Below are positions 31,319 through 45,879 of a stretch of 64,000 nucleotides of DNA, piece by piece. The stretch comes from the human T2T-CHM13v2.0 reference genome, Homo sapiens. The position numbers and the translations under genes were made by a program. The notes under the pieces were generated by a model, which searched no databases, was not told the origin of the DNA, and worked only from the letters and a program-made list of their open reading frames with translations. Each line of letters begins with the position of its first letter. Position 1 is the stretch's first letter. Location of the stretch: the NCBI RefSeq assembly GCF_009914755.1, contig NC_060936.1. One strand, 5' to 3'.

Positions 31319-34300
31319 TATGTGGGTGTGTATTTAGTTACTCAGTTTTGTGCTTTACTCTTCAAAGCTTTTGAACCTCTATAAGTATTATCTTGGTCTT
31401 GGCTTGCTTATTTGACACCTGTATTCACTTGCTCATCAAACCTCACCCTCATTCTTCCACTTTATTTTATAATGTCTTTCAGGTCCATCTTCTTCCTTTC
31501 CATTTGCCTGGCATTGTTCCATAATGGATTGATGAAATCTTGATTATTGCATGAGCTTCTAACTAGTCTTCCCTCATGGCAATCTAGCCATTGTCTGGTT
31601 GCTGAAATCATCTTCCACACATACCATGTTCAGCAACATGCAATGCCTCCTCAGAGTCCTTTGATCACATCTAAGCCCCCCTCCTGCCATTCAAAACACT
31701 CTCTTCCTCAGCAACCTCATCTCTTGCTAATGTTCAGCATGGCTTCTTCATAACTAACCTGTTATTGTATACCAGTATGTCCCTAGCTCCCAGCTTAGTG
31801 CTTGGTTTTTAATGGGTGCTCAATAAATATTTATATATTAATAATGATATTAATAAATGCTACCATTACTGAGTTTGTATTATGTTGAATACTTTATTTC
31901 ATATTAGTTTTAATAATCTCATTTAATTATCACTCTATTTCCATTTTTAGTTCAAAGTGTCTGGGGGCAGTTCTTGGAACATACCAGACACCCAAAAATG
32001 TTTGGTGGATAAATGAAGAGAAAATTGGGCTAGAAGTTAAATGATTTGGTTGATGTCCTATGGCTAGTAAATTACAGATTCCAGATTCAAAATCAGGTTG
32101 TTCTAATACACAACACTATGTGCTCTTCCAACCCAGCACTACAATTTCATGCAGAGTTTTCACTATACTATGTTACCTATAACAAAACAAAACAAGCAGC
32201 CAGAGAAGCATAAATAGACAATTAGTCTCCATAAGCAAGAGTTGGAAGAGTCCAAGCCAGAATCTCAGGCAAAGTCCAACTCTGTCAGGAAGCCACTTAT
32301 ACTCTTCCAGTTACAGTAAGAGCAAAGGATAGGTTTTCTGGGGCATGTCTTTCTGGAGCCTTATATGTAGGAAACTGAAGTAAAGCAAATCATAATGCCA
32401 AACTTTTATCTACTGTGTCACACTCTGATTTGGATAGGCTTTGTTCTGTTGAGACGTAAAAGCCTTAACATTCCCACTTAATAGCCTTGAATGCTCTATT
32501 TCTTACAATCCTAGAGTCTAGGGTAAACTCTATCTGTACTTCCTAAGGTTAAAGAAGCATCTACATGTTGTCCTAGGATAAATAACATAGCAAATTCCTT
32601 TCAACCTGCCCCAGAATCAGTGCAGTTTGGGGGTTTTCAGAGGCTATTACTTTCCCTGTTTGGCACTCTCAAATGGGCTCATGGTAGATTAGAGACAGTT
32701 TCTGAAGTCATGCTGACTTTCTTGAAATTCAAGATAGTATGGTTTAACCAGGTTGTATGCTTTCTGACTAGCATTTTGGCTTTTTGCTCCCAGTTCTTCT
32801 TTGTGGGTTTTTTCCCTCTTTTCTTTTCCCACTTTCCCTGGCTAATGAATACTAGCTGAACTAGTTCCCTTTAATCAACTGCTCTCTGGCTTCACATCCC
32901 TGACTCTTCACAAGGAAAATGGTGACTTCAGATTTGGATCTTGCAGGCGTCAGAGCACTGCCAACCCACTGGCAGGCTCTTTCCCAGCTTGGGTTCCCAT
33001 CGAGGTAGCAATCCCACATCCTGGACTGGTGAGCTTCTCTGCGAGGTGCCAAAGTTATTAAATTCACTCCACTGCTTTGGAAAGCGAAGACATCCAGAGG
33101 CAACTGTAGCATTTTCAAAGTTTAGAGAGAAGTTAGGGCTTCTCAATGAGGGCATCTATTTTTCCCAAGAGGGCCTCTATTTTTCCCAAGATGTTTTCCC
33201 AACATCTGGCCTTTTCCAACCCCCTCACTTTTGTGGATTTTGCAGATAAAGCAAATGTTTCCAAACCAGTGACTATTCAGCAAGTGCTGCCCCCAAGGAC
33301 AGGCTCAGTGGGGCAAGGAACTCCTGTGATCCAAATTTGAACAACTCTTAGGACCCAAACACAAAACATAAAACCCAAAGCTGCTGGAGATTGAAGGGAA
33401 TCTTTCCAGTGGGAGGGAAGAACTGATAACCTATGCTAAGTGAAATCAGGAATAACTGGACAATAACAGTTGTTACCATTAAACACCAGTGGTGGCAAAT
33501 TTGCATTTTTGCTGTTTATAAATACCAGTTTCACAGGATCTCCATTGAGCCCTTTTGAAAAATTTCAGTGGCACTCATGTCCCAAGCATGCCAAACCCAG
33601 TGTTGTGTTTATCCTACAATACAAGAGGGAATTTCTTTGTGAAGGGAAAACCATTACTGAAATACATGACTGCAAGATGCAACTCTTTAGTGGGGGCAAT
33701 CCAACTGGTCGCATGGAAGCCAGGTCACCCCAGACTGGAGAAAACTTCATTCTCTTGGAACTACTAAACTATGTTGCCTGGAAAATATTAATACAGTTCA
33801 TTGTCAAACAAGTTGGTTAAGTCCAGAAAATGGGCAGGAAATACCAGGCTGGGTTCACGTAGGTGCCCTGAACTACAGCATCTCTTTGAATGAAACTATG
33901 ATTTACTTTCTTAAATAAATGTCATGGGGTAAAATCATGCCTTATACAAACCAGCTGAAATGTGTGATGTAACTATGTTAACACGTTTTTATAGCCCTGG
34001 AAGAACGCAATGGGGTGGGTTCTATCAGTAATCATCTAAAGACGCCGAGTATACATTCCAGATGTTCATTATGTCCCAACCATTTGTTGGGAGTAAAGTG
34101 GAGGCTTTCTCCTTGTCCAGGAAGTCTGATTTTAGTAATTGAAACAGAGACTAACTTGAAATATCGTATGTCTGGAATTATAATACTAAATCTCATAGTT
34201 CTAGTTAAGTAAGTGTATATGAGCAAAATAAAACAAACATATAAAAAGCAGCGGGGGGAGAGAGAGAAAAGGAAAAAAGAAAGAGCAAGAAAAGGCAATA

Positions 34301-35819
34301 CTATAGGACTTTGCACCTAAGCTCTTTCTTTCCCATTTCAGCCTCACAACACCTTGTTCATTTCTACTCTCAAGCTGAGCCTTTACCGATAAAGTCCAGG
34401 GACATGGGAAATAAATGCACATGTATATCAGATTGACTGGATCACTGAGTAATGGACCTGTGCAAAATCAGACTGTTCAATGGCCTGCACTATCGGAAAA
34501 AGACATCACTTGTTGTGCTGCTTAAATTGCAAAATCTCCTCCAAAAGGAATTAATTCTGAGCAGTCTTTAATGAGTTCCCTTAAAAAGTATTTAGACTTT
34601 TAGACTGCAGAAATCTGCTTCAAACTTTCTTTATCTTGGAGGGTGATGTGTTAATCACATCAACTTTTTTTGTTGGAAATATTATGAAATCAATATAACA
34701 ACCCACGCCCTTTACAATTCAACCTGGCTGACCTTTGCAAACGAATATACATACATACTTTGCATTACATAATTTCACCCATCCTTCTGGTCAAACTGGA
34801 CTACTTTTTACACTCTAGACATGCTTCATTCCATGTGTACCCTCAGCTCCTGCTAAAGAATCCTCATCCCTACCTCAATCTCAATGCTTTGGGCTGAAAA
34901 GTTGAGCACATTTACCATCTGTCCTTCATTAATCCTCCTGCCATCTCTTCTGTGCCCCCAACCCCTGCACCAGCTAGAAGTGAGGATTCACCTCTGTGAA
35001 CTCCCATATCACTTGAGTCATGCCTTCTTCTTTCTATGCATTTATGTAAATATGTAGACACTTATCCATATATTTATTGATTCCTTCATTCATAAAATAT
35101 TTATTGAGCATAATAGCCAACATGCCATGAAATAGAACATGTTGATGAGTAAAACCACACCCCATCTCTCCTTTTATGGAGTTTACCATCTACTGCAGGG
35201 AGACCATTATTCATTAAATAATTATACTAATTAATGTATACTTACAAGCTGAGCTATGAATCGTACAAGAAATATATGTTCCTTTTTTCTGTTTGTTGTT
35301 TTAAAGAGTGTAACAAAGGTACTTGATCCAAGTATGGACTGAAAAGGAAGGAGGCAAGGAAATCTTCCTTAAGGAATAGATATAGAGGCAGAGGGTTAAG
35401 TTATCTCAATTTCTTCAGGGAAGAGTTTACTCAGTACTAATCTATGTCCTAGAGCTTCAAGCAGAGCTGGAGGGACTCAATTCTTTTTTTTTTTTTTTTT
35501 TGAATGAAACAGCATTTATAAGTGCAGGTCAGAAGAAGTGAGATGCAGAGGCTCAAAATACCTTCCTCCCTGTCTACTTAAGGAAAACAGCCTCTCTTAA
35601 AAATACAAACAATTCCTGGAAAGGTTCCATTCACTGGGAGCTTAATAGGAATTGCTTTGGGGTTTTACATAAGACTAACAAAGCTTATGCTTTTCATCAA
35701 CACTATATTGCCTTCCAACATGTCCCACCTCCTCACTGAAAACTGCTTCCAAGACTAGCCTCAAAAAGGAGGTTACAGTCAGAACTGGTTACTCACTTCC
35801 TTCTTAAAGACCACATGGT

Positions 35820-36920
35820 CACCCTACAAGCTTTTGATCCTTCTTGACATCCCATCATGAGGACTCTCTAGACTGCTCTGTCCATCTCTCAAACTGACTT
35901 TATCTTCTATACCCCTCCCCCAGATCTTTCTATTGTGCCCTCTGGAACTCACAGCAGGCCGTCAGCAAAATTCCCCATTTCCTCATCTTCTTCTGCTTCC
36001 CCTTTTTTCTTTAACTGAAACCCATGTGCCTCTGGAGGACAGTGATTTTGCCTAGTCCTCTCTGTGGAGACTGTTTCTTTTTCTCTTGTATTTCATGCAC
36101 ACCAGGGTCTGGAGATGATGGATAGAAGTCCTCCTTATTCCCTATGACTATTTTCAGATGATTGCTCTCCCTCTTTCCCAAACTCATCCATCTCCAGCTC
36201 CTCTGGAGCACAAGTTATCAGAATATACCTCCTTCTCTCCCACCTTGTTGCCATTATCCATTGTCGTTATTGTCAGCCCCCTTCATTCATTAAAGATTTC
36301 TTGTCTGGATCACTGCCTTCTTTCCACCACTGAGTTTGTTAGCATTCTTAAGTACTTTGGCATCTATGTAGACAGTCTCTTTGACAACCTGGCTTCTCAG
36401 CTTTTTTGCCTCCTTGCATTCAGTCATCTGTTCTTCCACCATACCTCATATATCAACGCTAATATACCCTAGACTTTGGGTAACTTGCATTACCTCCAAG
36501 GTCTCCATTCTAAGTATTCCACTCCCCGTATGCCATTTTCTATTTTTCCAGCTCACCTCTTCTCGTACTCCATCTCTAACCATTCCTTGCCACTATTGGG
36601 ATCTCAAATCCTTTGATTCTTCTATGTTTCCTTATTCTTTATCCCATTATGCCCTCAATTTCCCTTTTACCCAACCCATCATTCTGTGACCCATTCCGTG
36701 ACCCATCACTTTACCCCATCCCCTGTGTGTATGTACCTTATCCATGTCTTTTCCCATCACATTTGTAAGGAAAAACCACAGTTCTGAATCTCCATCAACT
36801 CCATGTCTACACCTGTACAGCTGAATGTGGTTGGAGAAAATGCATAACCAAGCTGAATGGCCTCACTTTAGATTTTTGAACACGAACATCAAATCAGTCC
36901 TCAGCACTGTCTGGAAATGC
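35820..36920 (+). mobile_element. L2 internal (ORF/endonuclease-region) fragment
   Basis: Pyrimidine-rich degenerate L2 ORF-like sequence. Confidence 0.6.
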
Positions 36921-37064
36921 AAGACCTTTCCAGAAACAATGTGAAGAACACTGGGGGAAAGGACAAGACTAGGAGCAAGAAGACTGGGTAGACTTCATAT
37001 GAAAGATTCAGATAAGAGATGATGGGTCCATGGATTAGATAAGTGGTCATAGGAATGTTGGTCA

Positions 37065-37865
37065 CACTTGTTATCAAAAAGACAAACGATAACAAGGGTT
37101 GACAAGGCAGCGAAGAAAAGGGAACCCTGGTATACTGTTAATGAGAATGTAAATTAGTGCCACCCATTATGGAAAACTGTAAGGAGGTTGCTCAGAAAAC
37201 TAAACATAGAATTACCATATGACCCAGAAATTCTACTTAAAATATTTGAAATCAGTTTGTTGAAGAGAAGAGATTCTGCACTCCCATGTTCATTGCAGCA
37301 CTATGAAATCAATGTGTCTACAACAGATGAATGGATAAAAATGTGGTATATATACCACAGAATATTAATAGCCTTTAAAAAGAAGGAAATTCTGCCATTT
37401 GTGACAATATGGATGGAACTGGAGAACATCATGCTAAGTGAAATAAGCCAGGCACAGAAAGACAAATACTGCCTATTCTCACTTACATGTGGAATTTATA
37501 CAATCAAACTCATAGAAGCAGAGAGTAGAATGGTGGTTACAGAGATTAAGGGGAAGGGTAAATGAAGAGATAATGGTCAGAGGGTACAAAATCTCAGTTT
37601 GACAAGAGGAATACATTTTTGTGTGCTATTACCCAGTGTGGTGAATATAGTTCATAATAGGGTATTGTATACCTTGCAATTGCTAAGAGTAAATTTCAAA
37701 TGTCCTCACCACAAAAAATGTTAAGTATCTGAGGCAATCGATATGTTAACTAGCTTGATTCAACTATTCCACACTGTATTCGTAAATCATAACATCATTT
37801 TGTACCCCACAAATTTATACAATTATAAATTATTGATTTACAATAAAAATTTTTAAAAAAGAAAA
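37065..37865 (+). mobile_element. L1MA (MA8/MA9-like) 3' end
   Basis: ORF2 C-terminus-like translation (IELPYDPEI...WMELENIMLSEISQAQKDKY), L1MA 3'UTR and A-rich tail. Confidence 0.9.
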
Positions 37866-38279
37866 GTTAGAATACTAGTTTACAGAAACCAAGTGGAGAA
37901 AGTGTTTTAAAAAGAAACAGGAGAGGCTGGCAATATTAAACTCAAACTCAAAGCATAAATCAGAGTCACCTAGAGGACTTGCTAAAACATAGGTTACTGG
38001 GTCACATCCCAGAGTTTCTAATTTAGCAGCTCTTGGGTGGGCCCCAAGAATTTAGTCTCTAATATGTTCCCAGGTGATATTTGTTTTATGATGGCAAACC
38101 ACTGCTGTAAAGATTTTGAGTTGAGATTTGAAAAGAGTTTATTGTTTTGAAAATGAGGAAAAGAAAAACATATCTATGTTGTGTTGGGTGGAAAAAGATG
38201 CAGGGAGTTAGGAACAATCGGGAGGAGAAGATATGAAGAAAGTAAGGGTGGACAACTCTTTCAAGGCATTAAATTATCA

Positions 38280-38560
<281 letters not shown>

Positions 38561-38824
38561 ATATGAAAGAGGAGTCAGATAGGGGGACTTACAGGGAAAG
38601 CCTTTTCATTTAAAGTTGAAAGAGATTTGGGCATGTTTATTTGATGACGCCAAAGAGCTTTAGTGAAGCTCTGAGAAACAGAAGGGAATGGGAGGGACAG
38701 GAGGCAAATGCTACCTTAATGAGCTGGAGGGGACCAGAGAAAATAGGCGAGATGGAGGGGCAGGTAATTGAGAGCCATGGTTGGCGGCAGATGTGGAGAG
38801 GTTTGTGAATGGAGGAGCCCATCC

Positions 38825-38949
38825 TTTTTTTGTTTTGTTTTGTTTTTTTGAGACAGAGTCTCCCTCTGTTGCCCAGGCTGGGGTGCAGTGATGCGATCTC
38901 GGCTCACTGCAACCCGCGCCTACCAGGTTCAAGCGATTCTCCTGCCTCA
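38825..38949 (-). mobile_element. 5'-truncated AluS (right arm)
   Basis: T-rich tail plus right arm, flanked by ccatc(c)ttt on both sides. Confidence 0.9.
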
Positions 38950-39999
38950 CCATCTTTGAATTGCCCAGTTTTTCCTTTAAGATAGAAAGCAAGCTCATCT
39001 GCTTAGAGCAAAAGAGAAAGTAGCAGAGCAGGAGGTTTAAAGAGAGAGGAGAAAGCCTGAAGTAGCTGCTGAGAAGAAAGGGAGAGTTGACCAGGACAAA
39101 CACATGCTGTATTCAGAGCAGCAAGGGCTCAGCTGTGGTTGGACTCCATGATTGCAGAATAGACAGACTTCTCCCAACACTTGGCAGCCGTGGTTTAGAG
39201 GCAGAGAAGACAGACTGGAATTTACCCAGGGTAGCGGTGACTTTCTCTCTTGCTCTTTTGAGAACAATAATACCTCCATTAACGAGCGCTCCGGGAATAA
39301 AGCTCTTTACTATGAAAACAGGCAGTTTGAAAAACAAAAACATGTCCATAAATCATGAAAGCAGAACATTTGCAACCTTGTGACAAAATTGCTCAGCATG
39401 CAGTTTCTTTTTGTCCTGGATCAGACCCTAGTCTAGATCAACATGTAAAATCTTTGAAGATTGTCTTCTGTCCCAGGTCCCCTTGACCTGCTTCAGGGGT
39501 CTGACATCTCCTGTTCTCTTCAACCCCACCCTTTAGCAAACCTGGGAAGGATTTGATAATCAATCTTGTTACTGCTGATTACAGATTGTTGGAATCCCTT
39601 ACTCATGTGTTGCTTTAGTTGAGAATATGTATTTCAAATGTCTTTTCTCCAGCTGTGGAATAATATTGGACTTTCCTTCTTTAAAAAACATTTAGCAATG
39701 GCAGGAGTACAGGAAAAGGAGATAGTATATCTGATTTCCAGTTCCCTGTATTGTATGCAACAGCCAGAAAGGTGTCTGAAACAGAATATGCTTAGCAGGT
39801 ATCTAGTGAATGGATGAACAAATGAGTAAATGAATGAATAAATAATGATGATAAGTTGGGGTAGGGATAAAACTGATGTGGAAAGAGAAAACACACATTG
39901 TTGGTGGAAGTACAAATTATTACAACCTTTGTTGGAGGGCACTTCTTAGTCGGGTTTCCTTAGAAGTCAACCAAGACAGAAATTTTGAAGGTAAGTACT

Positions 40000-40170
40000 T
40001 GCTTTAGTCCATTTTGTGCTGAGTCTGGGTAATTTATAAAGAACAGAAATTTATTTCTTGCAGTTCCAAAATCAAGGTGCTGGCATCTAGTGAGGCCTTC
40101 TTGCTGTGCCCTCATAGTATGGAAGGTGAAGGGCAAAAGAAAATGCACCTACTCCTGCAGCACTTTTTAT
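40000..40170 (-). mobile_element. MST-type MaLR LTR fragment
   Basis: ttagtccattttgtgctg...ctgggtaatttataaagaacagaaatttattt. Confidence 0.75.
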
Positions 40171-40929
40171 GTGTGTATGGATTGTAGTTAATAAAACAAA
40201 ATGCAAACTTCTTTCCCTGCTTCTATTCCCCACCTTCTGATCTCAAGGGAATTGAATCTTAAAGAATTCCAACAATTATCTGGGGGCTCTTAGAAGCCCT
40301 GATGTTGGGATTATTCCATCCCAAGCCAATCACAAAAGTGAGTCCTCGAGGGTTCTTTCCCTGTTGCATTTTTTACAGGTCTCTGCTTTTCTGCAACCAA
40401 AAGACATGATGGCTGATGAATGTCTTTTTAAGACAAACACAAAAAACAAATATGTTCTGCTTCAAGCTGTACTAGATGTCCTTGATAATTGGCTGCCAGT
40501 TGAAATGTTCTCATCCTTAAAGAAAGTCCCCTAAGTGGTTATGACACTCTTTTAGGCAGGGAAGGCACTCCTTAGGGGTACCTTGAGAGTACTCAAAGCT
40601 TTTCAACATTTGGCTGAGGAGTGGTGTGTCACAGAAGTGTCTGATTAATGTAGATCTTCATTTTGAGGAACTGCTGCTTTTTCTGGTATGCTGGGGGACA
40701 GAGGAACTAATTTGCCCTCATGAAACTTGTGAACTGCTGCTGTTTCTTCTGCTTTCACAGCCTCTCCATGGAGGAGAGGATTAATCAGCTAATTGCTCCA
40801 TGTAATCAGTATAGGAAGCCACATTTAGAATAGAATGCCCAGCTTAGATGGTTTAATTTTGGGCAGGGAGTAGGGGGAGAGGTACAGAATCCCCATTTCT
40901 CTTTATCGGCACTAGTGAATAATAATAAT

Positions 40930-41470
40930 GACAAAGATCATAATTTCTCATCTGAATGATCACAACAGCAACCCTGAATGCTCTTCCTGTCTCTAATCTT
41001 GCCACTTTTAAAATAATCTTCCAAGATGTGGCTGCAGTGATCTTTTTAGAATGTGCACTTAACTCTGATGATCCATTTCCTGAAGACTTTCAGTGGAACT
41101 CTATTTTCTTATAAAGCAAAATACATACCATTAACCAGGGTACTGAAAGCCTTTCATGGTCCAATCCTTGTCAAATTATCTAGCCACATCACTTTCCACT
41201 TTCCATATGTTTATGCTTTCTGCAGTGTTTACTGATATTTACATGAAGCTTATGTTCTCCTGTATTTGCAAGGTCAGAGATGCGGCCCTCTGGGTTTCCA
41301 TGGCCCTGTTAGAGTCTTTCCCTGTCATAGTATTTACTACCATGTATTGTAATTTTATGTTTTATTGACCATATCTTTTATTAGATGGCAAACTTTTCTA
41401 GATAAATATAGTCTCTTATCTTTATAATCACAACATGCAGTAGGCATTCAATAAAAGTTGTTTTTATAGA
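40930..41470 (+). mobile_element. L2 3' fragment
   Basis: L2 3' region ending gtaggcattcaataaaagttg. Confidence 0.65.
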
Positions 41471-41586
41471 TGAGCTCCCCTCTACTCTTTTCCCATCAAA
41501 TGCGTTTGCTTGAATGCCTCTAGTTCACCCACCTTTGTAAACACCTCACTCCACTCTTACTATTTTAAGTGTAGTTAAGACTAGCA

Positions 41587-42040
41587 TTGCAGATTGGGTT
41601 CCCCAAGCAGAAGACACTGCAATGAAGATTCATGTGCTGAAATTCTGGGGGAGGTTTCTCAGGATCAGCACCCGGGGAGGAAGTGAAATAAGCAGACTGG
41701 GAAAAGAGAGAAGTTGGGCTGTGGTATGGAGGCAACAAAGCCTTAGCTGACCCCATGGAAAGCTCTAAAGCTGGGGTAGTCCTTGAGGGTTGCCCAAGTT
41801 GCGGCAGAGAGGCTGAGTTTTTATATCCCTACATCAACCAAATGTTGGGTGCAGACTGCCCCTGGAAAGGGTTATAACCGTGGGTAAGGTTATAAATTCT
41901 CTCTTCACCCAAGAGCAATTGGTGTAGAAGCCTGAGAACTGAGAGCCGTTGAATGGCGACACTTGCAGCATTTGAGGTGATAATCAGGAATTTCAGTCTC
42001 GAATAGGGATCTGGACAGTGAAGCATTCTGTATCAACTAT
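41587..42040 (+). mobile_element. MLT1 (H/I-like) LTR
   Basis: gattgggttcccc..agcagaagacactg...ggaggaagtgaa..aagcagactggg motif series. Confidence 0.7.
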
Positions 42041-42453
42041 AAATATGAACTCTGGAGTCAGAATGCCTGTGTTTAAATGTGAGCTCTATGATTTGCTAAG
42101 TGTTCCAGTTATCTATTGCTATGTTACAAGCCACCCTGACACTTAATGGCTTAAGAAACAAGTCATTTATTTCTATCACAGATCTGCAATTTGGGTAGGG
42201 TTCAGTGGGGATAGCTTATTTTTCTGCACTTGGGGTTAGCTGGGATGGCTCATCAAATGTTGAAAGAACCACCTCCAAGATGACTCAATCACATGGCTGT
42301 CAATTTCAACATGGACAACATGGCTTGAGTTTCCTTATGGCACGGTGGCTGGGTTCCAAGGATGTACACTCAAGACAGCTAGGCAGAAGTTGTATCACCT
42401 TTTATGGTCTGGCCTCAGAAATCACAGAGCATCACATTTTGATAGAGGGGTGT

Positions 42454-42704
42454 TGCTATGGTTTGAATAATCCCCCCCCGCCAAACTCATGTTGAAATTT
42501 AATTGCCATTGTGACAGTATTAAAAGGTGGGAACTTTAATAGTAGCAATTAGGCCATGAAGGCTCTGCCCTCATGAATGGATTAATGCTGTTATCTTGGG
42601 AGTGGGTTCATTATTGTAGAAGTGGGTTCCTTATAAGTTTCTGTTCATTATAAATTACCCAGTCTCAAGTATTTGATTATAGCAGCACAAAATGGACTAA
42701 GACA
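42454..42704 (+). mobile_element. MSTB-like LTR (internally deleted) nested in the MLT1 LTR
   Basis: tgctatggtttgaat ... aaaatggactaagaca termini. Confidence 0.85.
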
Positions 42705-43322
42705 AGGTTCGATACTACTTTGTAAGAAGAGCATGTGAGATTGAAGTTACTGTTATGGCTATGTTTGAAAAATACAATCTTCCACAATTTGTCCTCTGGC
42801 AACTATAATTCATACCAATTTTTATCCAAAATATGCTCATACCCTTCTTCCAAGACCCCCAAGTCTCATCCTATTATAACATTGGGTACAACCACTTGAG
42901 TATCATTCTGAAGACCTATGACTAAAGAGTCAAGATATCTGCTCCTCTCATACCCAGCGTATAATTGGGGACTTCATACAATAATCCCCATAGATATTTC
43001 CATTCAAAGAGGGAGAAAATAAGAAACACACAACTGTTATGGCACTACAACAGTTTTGAAATACAGGCAGATGCTTGTTGCTAGTTCTTTGATTAAGCCT
43101 CATTCTACTGCCTGGGAATGGTTCTACACAGCTCTTGTCTCCCCCCTGACTTTTGGCTCCATACTCTAAATTATCCTTTATATTCCATAAACTGTAGCCC
43201 ATATTTGCAGCTGAATAATTTTCTCAGTCTACATCTTAGTCCAAAGCACTTTTTTAATTGTATGCAGTTTCTATCCCTTTTAGTCTGAATTGGCAGTGCT
43301 TCTACCAAAACAATTCTTTCTC

Positions 43323-43625
43323 TTTTTTTTTTTTTTTTTTTTGAGATGGAGTTTTGCTCTTGTCACCCAGGCTGGAGTGCAGTGGCACAATCTTGGGCTC
43401 ACTTCAACCTCCACCTCCTGGGTTCAAGCAATTCTCCTGCCTCAGTCTCCCGTGTAGCTGGGATTACAGGTGCCTGCCAACACACCGGCTAATTTTTGTG
43501 TTTGTAGTAGAGATGGGGTTTTGCCATGTTGGCCAGGCTGGTCTTGAACTCCTGACCTCAGGCGATCCGCCCTCCTCAGCCTCCCAAAGTGCTAGGATTA
43601 TAGGCATGTGCCATCCTGCCTAGCT
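43323..43625 (-). mobile_element. AluS nested in the MaLR internal region
   Basis: Full reverse Alu with poly-T; degenerate TSD containing caattct. Confidence 0.95.
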
Positions 43626-44662
43626 CAGAGCAATTCTCTTAAAAACTCTTTGGATTTTCTGTGAATCATATTGATACGTACCCACTAGACAAAAGTCATC
43701 CACAGACCTATTTGAGGAAGGCATTTCTTTGCATTGGACCTCTGTGAGTGCCCTGAGGAACATCACCCTTATGATTCTTGGAAGCCTTATTGTTTAATGG
43801 AGAAGATCTGTGAGAGATGACACTCATACCCTCAGAAGTTCTTTTATCTGAATACATCTCTGAGGTATGACCTTAAATATTTCTTAGGTCTTAACAAGGG
43901 ATTTAAAGCCATACCCTGTATTCAATCCTCTTTGCCTTGAAGCCATTTATAGATTTGAAAATCTTGGAGAGGCTAGGGATGAGACACAGTTTTACTTCCA
44001 AACCCTGAAAATTCTGGCTCTTTTGTATGTAATTGCTTGTCCTTTAGCTCATCTCTCTCCTCTCACATTTTATCATAGGCAGCTAGAAGAAGCAAGATAA
44101 CTCTCCCAATATTCTTCTTGAAAATCCCCTTAGTTAAATCATCAAATCTACTAGGTACATTTTATTTTGACCATGCTACCCAGGTGACTGAATTACCAAA
44201 TTTTCTGCCACTACGTAATATATAACATGGAGATCTTTTCCTGTAGCTTTGAACAACATTTTATTCACTTTTCTTTCTGATGGAGTAGCTCCTTGAAGCT
44301 TTTTAGGCTTTTACTAAAATTCTCTTCAAGATCTTTTAGGTTTCTGCCTACTGTACCAAAGCCAATGCCACATATTTTAAATTTTTTCAAAGTGGCAACA
44401 TCCAATTCTCATACAAAGAAAATTATCTATTACTCCATAACAGACCACCCCAAAACTTATGGCTTAAGGTAAAACCAATGATTTATTAGGTTCATGAATC
44501 TTCAATCTGGGCAAGGCTCAGCAGGGATGTTTCATCTCTGCTCCACTCAGTTGGGGTGGCTTACCTGGTGGCTGGAGGATTCACTTACAAACTGGCTTAT
44601 TCACAGAACTGGCAATTTGGGGTTGATTACCAGTTCCTTTCCATGTGAACTTCCTCACAGGG

Positions 44663-45023
44663 TGATATGGTTTGGCTGTGTCCCCACCAAGATCTCATCT
44701 TGAATTGTAGTTCCCATAATTCCCACATGTTGTGGGAGGGACCCAGTGGGAGATAATTGAATCATGGTGTGGTTTCCCCCACACTGTTCTCATGGTAGTG
44801 AATAAGTTGCATAAGATATGATGGTTTTATAAGAGGAAACCCCTATCACTTGGCTCTCATTGTCTCTTGCCTGCCTCCATATAAAATGTGCCTTTTGCCT
44901 TCCACCATGATTGTGAGGCCTACCCAGCTATGTGGAGCTGTGAATCCATTAAACCTCTTTTTCTTTATAAATTAACCAGTCTCAGGCATGTCTTTATCAG
45001 CAGCATGAAAACAGACTAATACG
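44663..45023 (+). mobile_element. THE1 (C-like) solo LTR
   Basis: tgatatggtttggctgtgtccccacc ... acagactaatac; 5-bp TSD caggg / taggg. Confidence 0.92.
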
Positions 45024-45402
45024 TAGGGTGAGAGGCTTTCTCATAGCATGATGTCTAGGTTACAAAGGTGAGAGTCCTAAGAGAACCAGATATAAGCTGT
45101 ATCACCTTTTATGACCTAGGCTCAGAAGTCATGTAGTACCACCTGTGCCATAGACATAAGTTTGCCCAGAGTCAAAAGGAGGAGATATAGACCCCAGCTC
45201 TTGGTGAGAAGAATGTCAAAGTATTACTGTAAGAAGAGAATGGCCATATTTGAAACATGTAAGTTAAATCAGGCATATTACTTAACCTCTGTGTGCCTCA
45301 GTGTATTCTAAAAGTGTAGTATCTTGGAGAAGACACACTACTGCAGTTGTTTTGACTAGCACAGAGTGGAGGGAGCCTCCCTTCTCCTTTTATCCTTTAC
45401 AT

Positions 45403-45631
45403 CAGAGTTCTGGTAGACTATAGCCCAGGGCCAAATCTGGCCCATTGCCTGTTTGTGCCAATAAAGTTTTATTAGAACACAGTCACACTCAATTTACATG
45501 TTGTCTATGGCTACTTTCACATTATAACAGCAGAGTTGAGTAGTTGTAACAACTAATCAAAGACCACATGGCCTGCAAAGACTAAAATATTTACTATCTG
45601 TTCCTCTACAGAAAAAGTTTGCCAATTCCTG
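45403..45631 (+). mobile_element. MER58A (hAT-Charlie)
   Basis: Matches the consensus; perfect 8-bp TSD CTTTACAT at 45395-45402 and 45632-45639. Confidence 0.92.
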
Positions 45632-45775
45632 CTTTACATCCTTGTCAATCATAGAAAGTTAGAACTGGGAGGGGCCTTATAGATGACCTCTTTGAGTACA
45701 CTCTATTCCATACTATGGATGACGATGCTCAGGCCCAAAGAGGAATAAGTGACTAGTTAGAAGTAATGACTTTTA

Positions 45776-45879
45776 GGCCAAGGCAGGAGGATTACCTGAG
45801 GTCAGGAGTTCGAGACCACCCTGGCCAACATGGTGAAACCCCGTCTTTACTAAAAATACAAAAATTAGCAGGATGTGGT
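45776..45879 (+). mobile_element. AluS internal fragment (left arm and linker)
   Basis: aggccaaggcagg...aaaaatacaaaaattagc; no head, right arm or tail. Confidence 0.88.

Larger units (their letters stand above)
42101..45265 (-). mobile_element. Complete MaLR provirus (MLT1F-like LTR, internal region, LTR)
   Basis: Two homologous LTRs (about 42101-42786 and 44420-45265, sharing gYtgtatcaccttttatg..ct.g.ctcagaa.tca) flank an MLT1-int-like region; MIR sequence lies on both sides. Confidence 0.8.
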
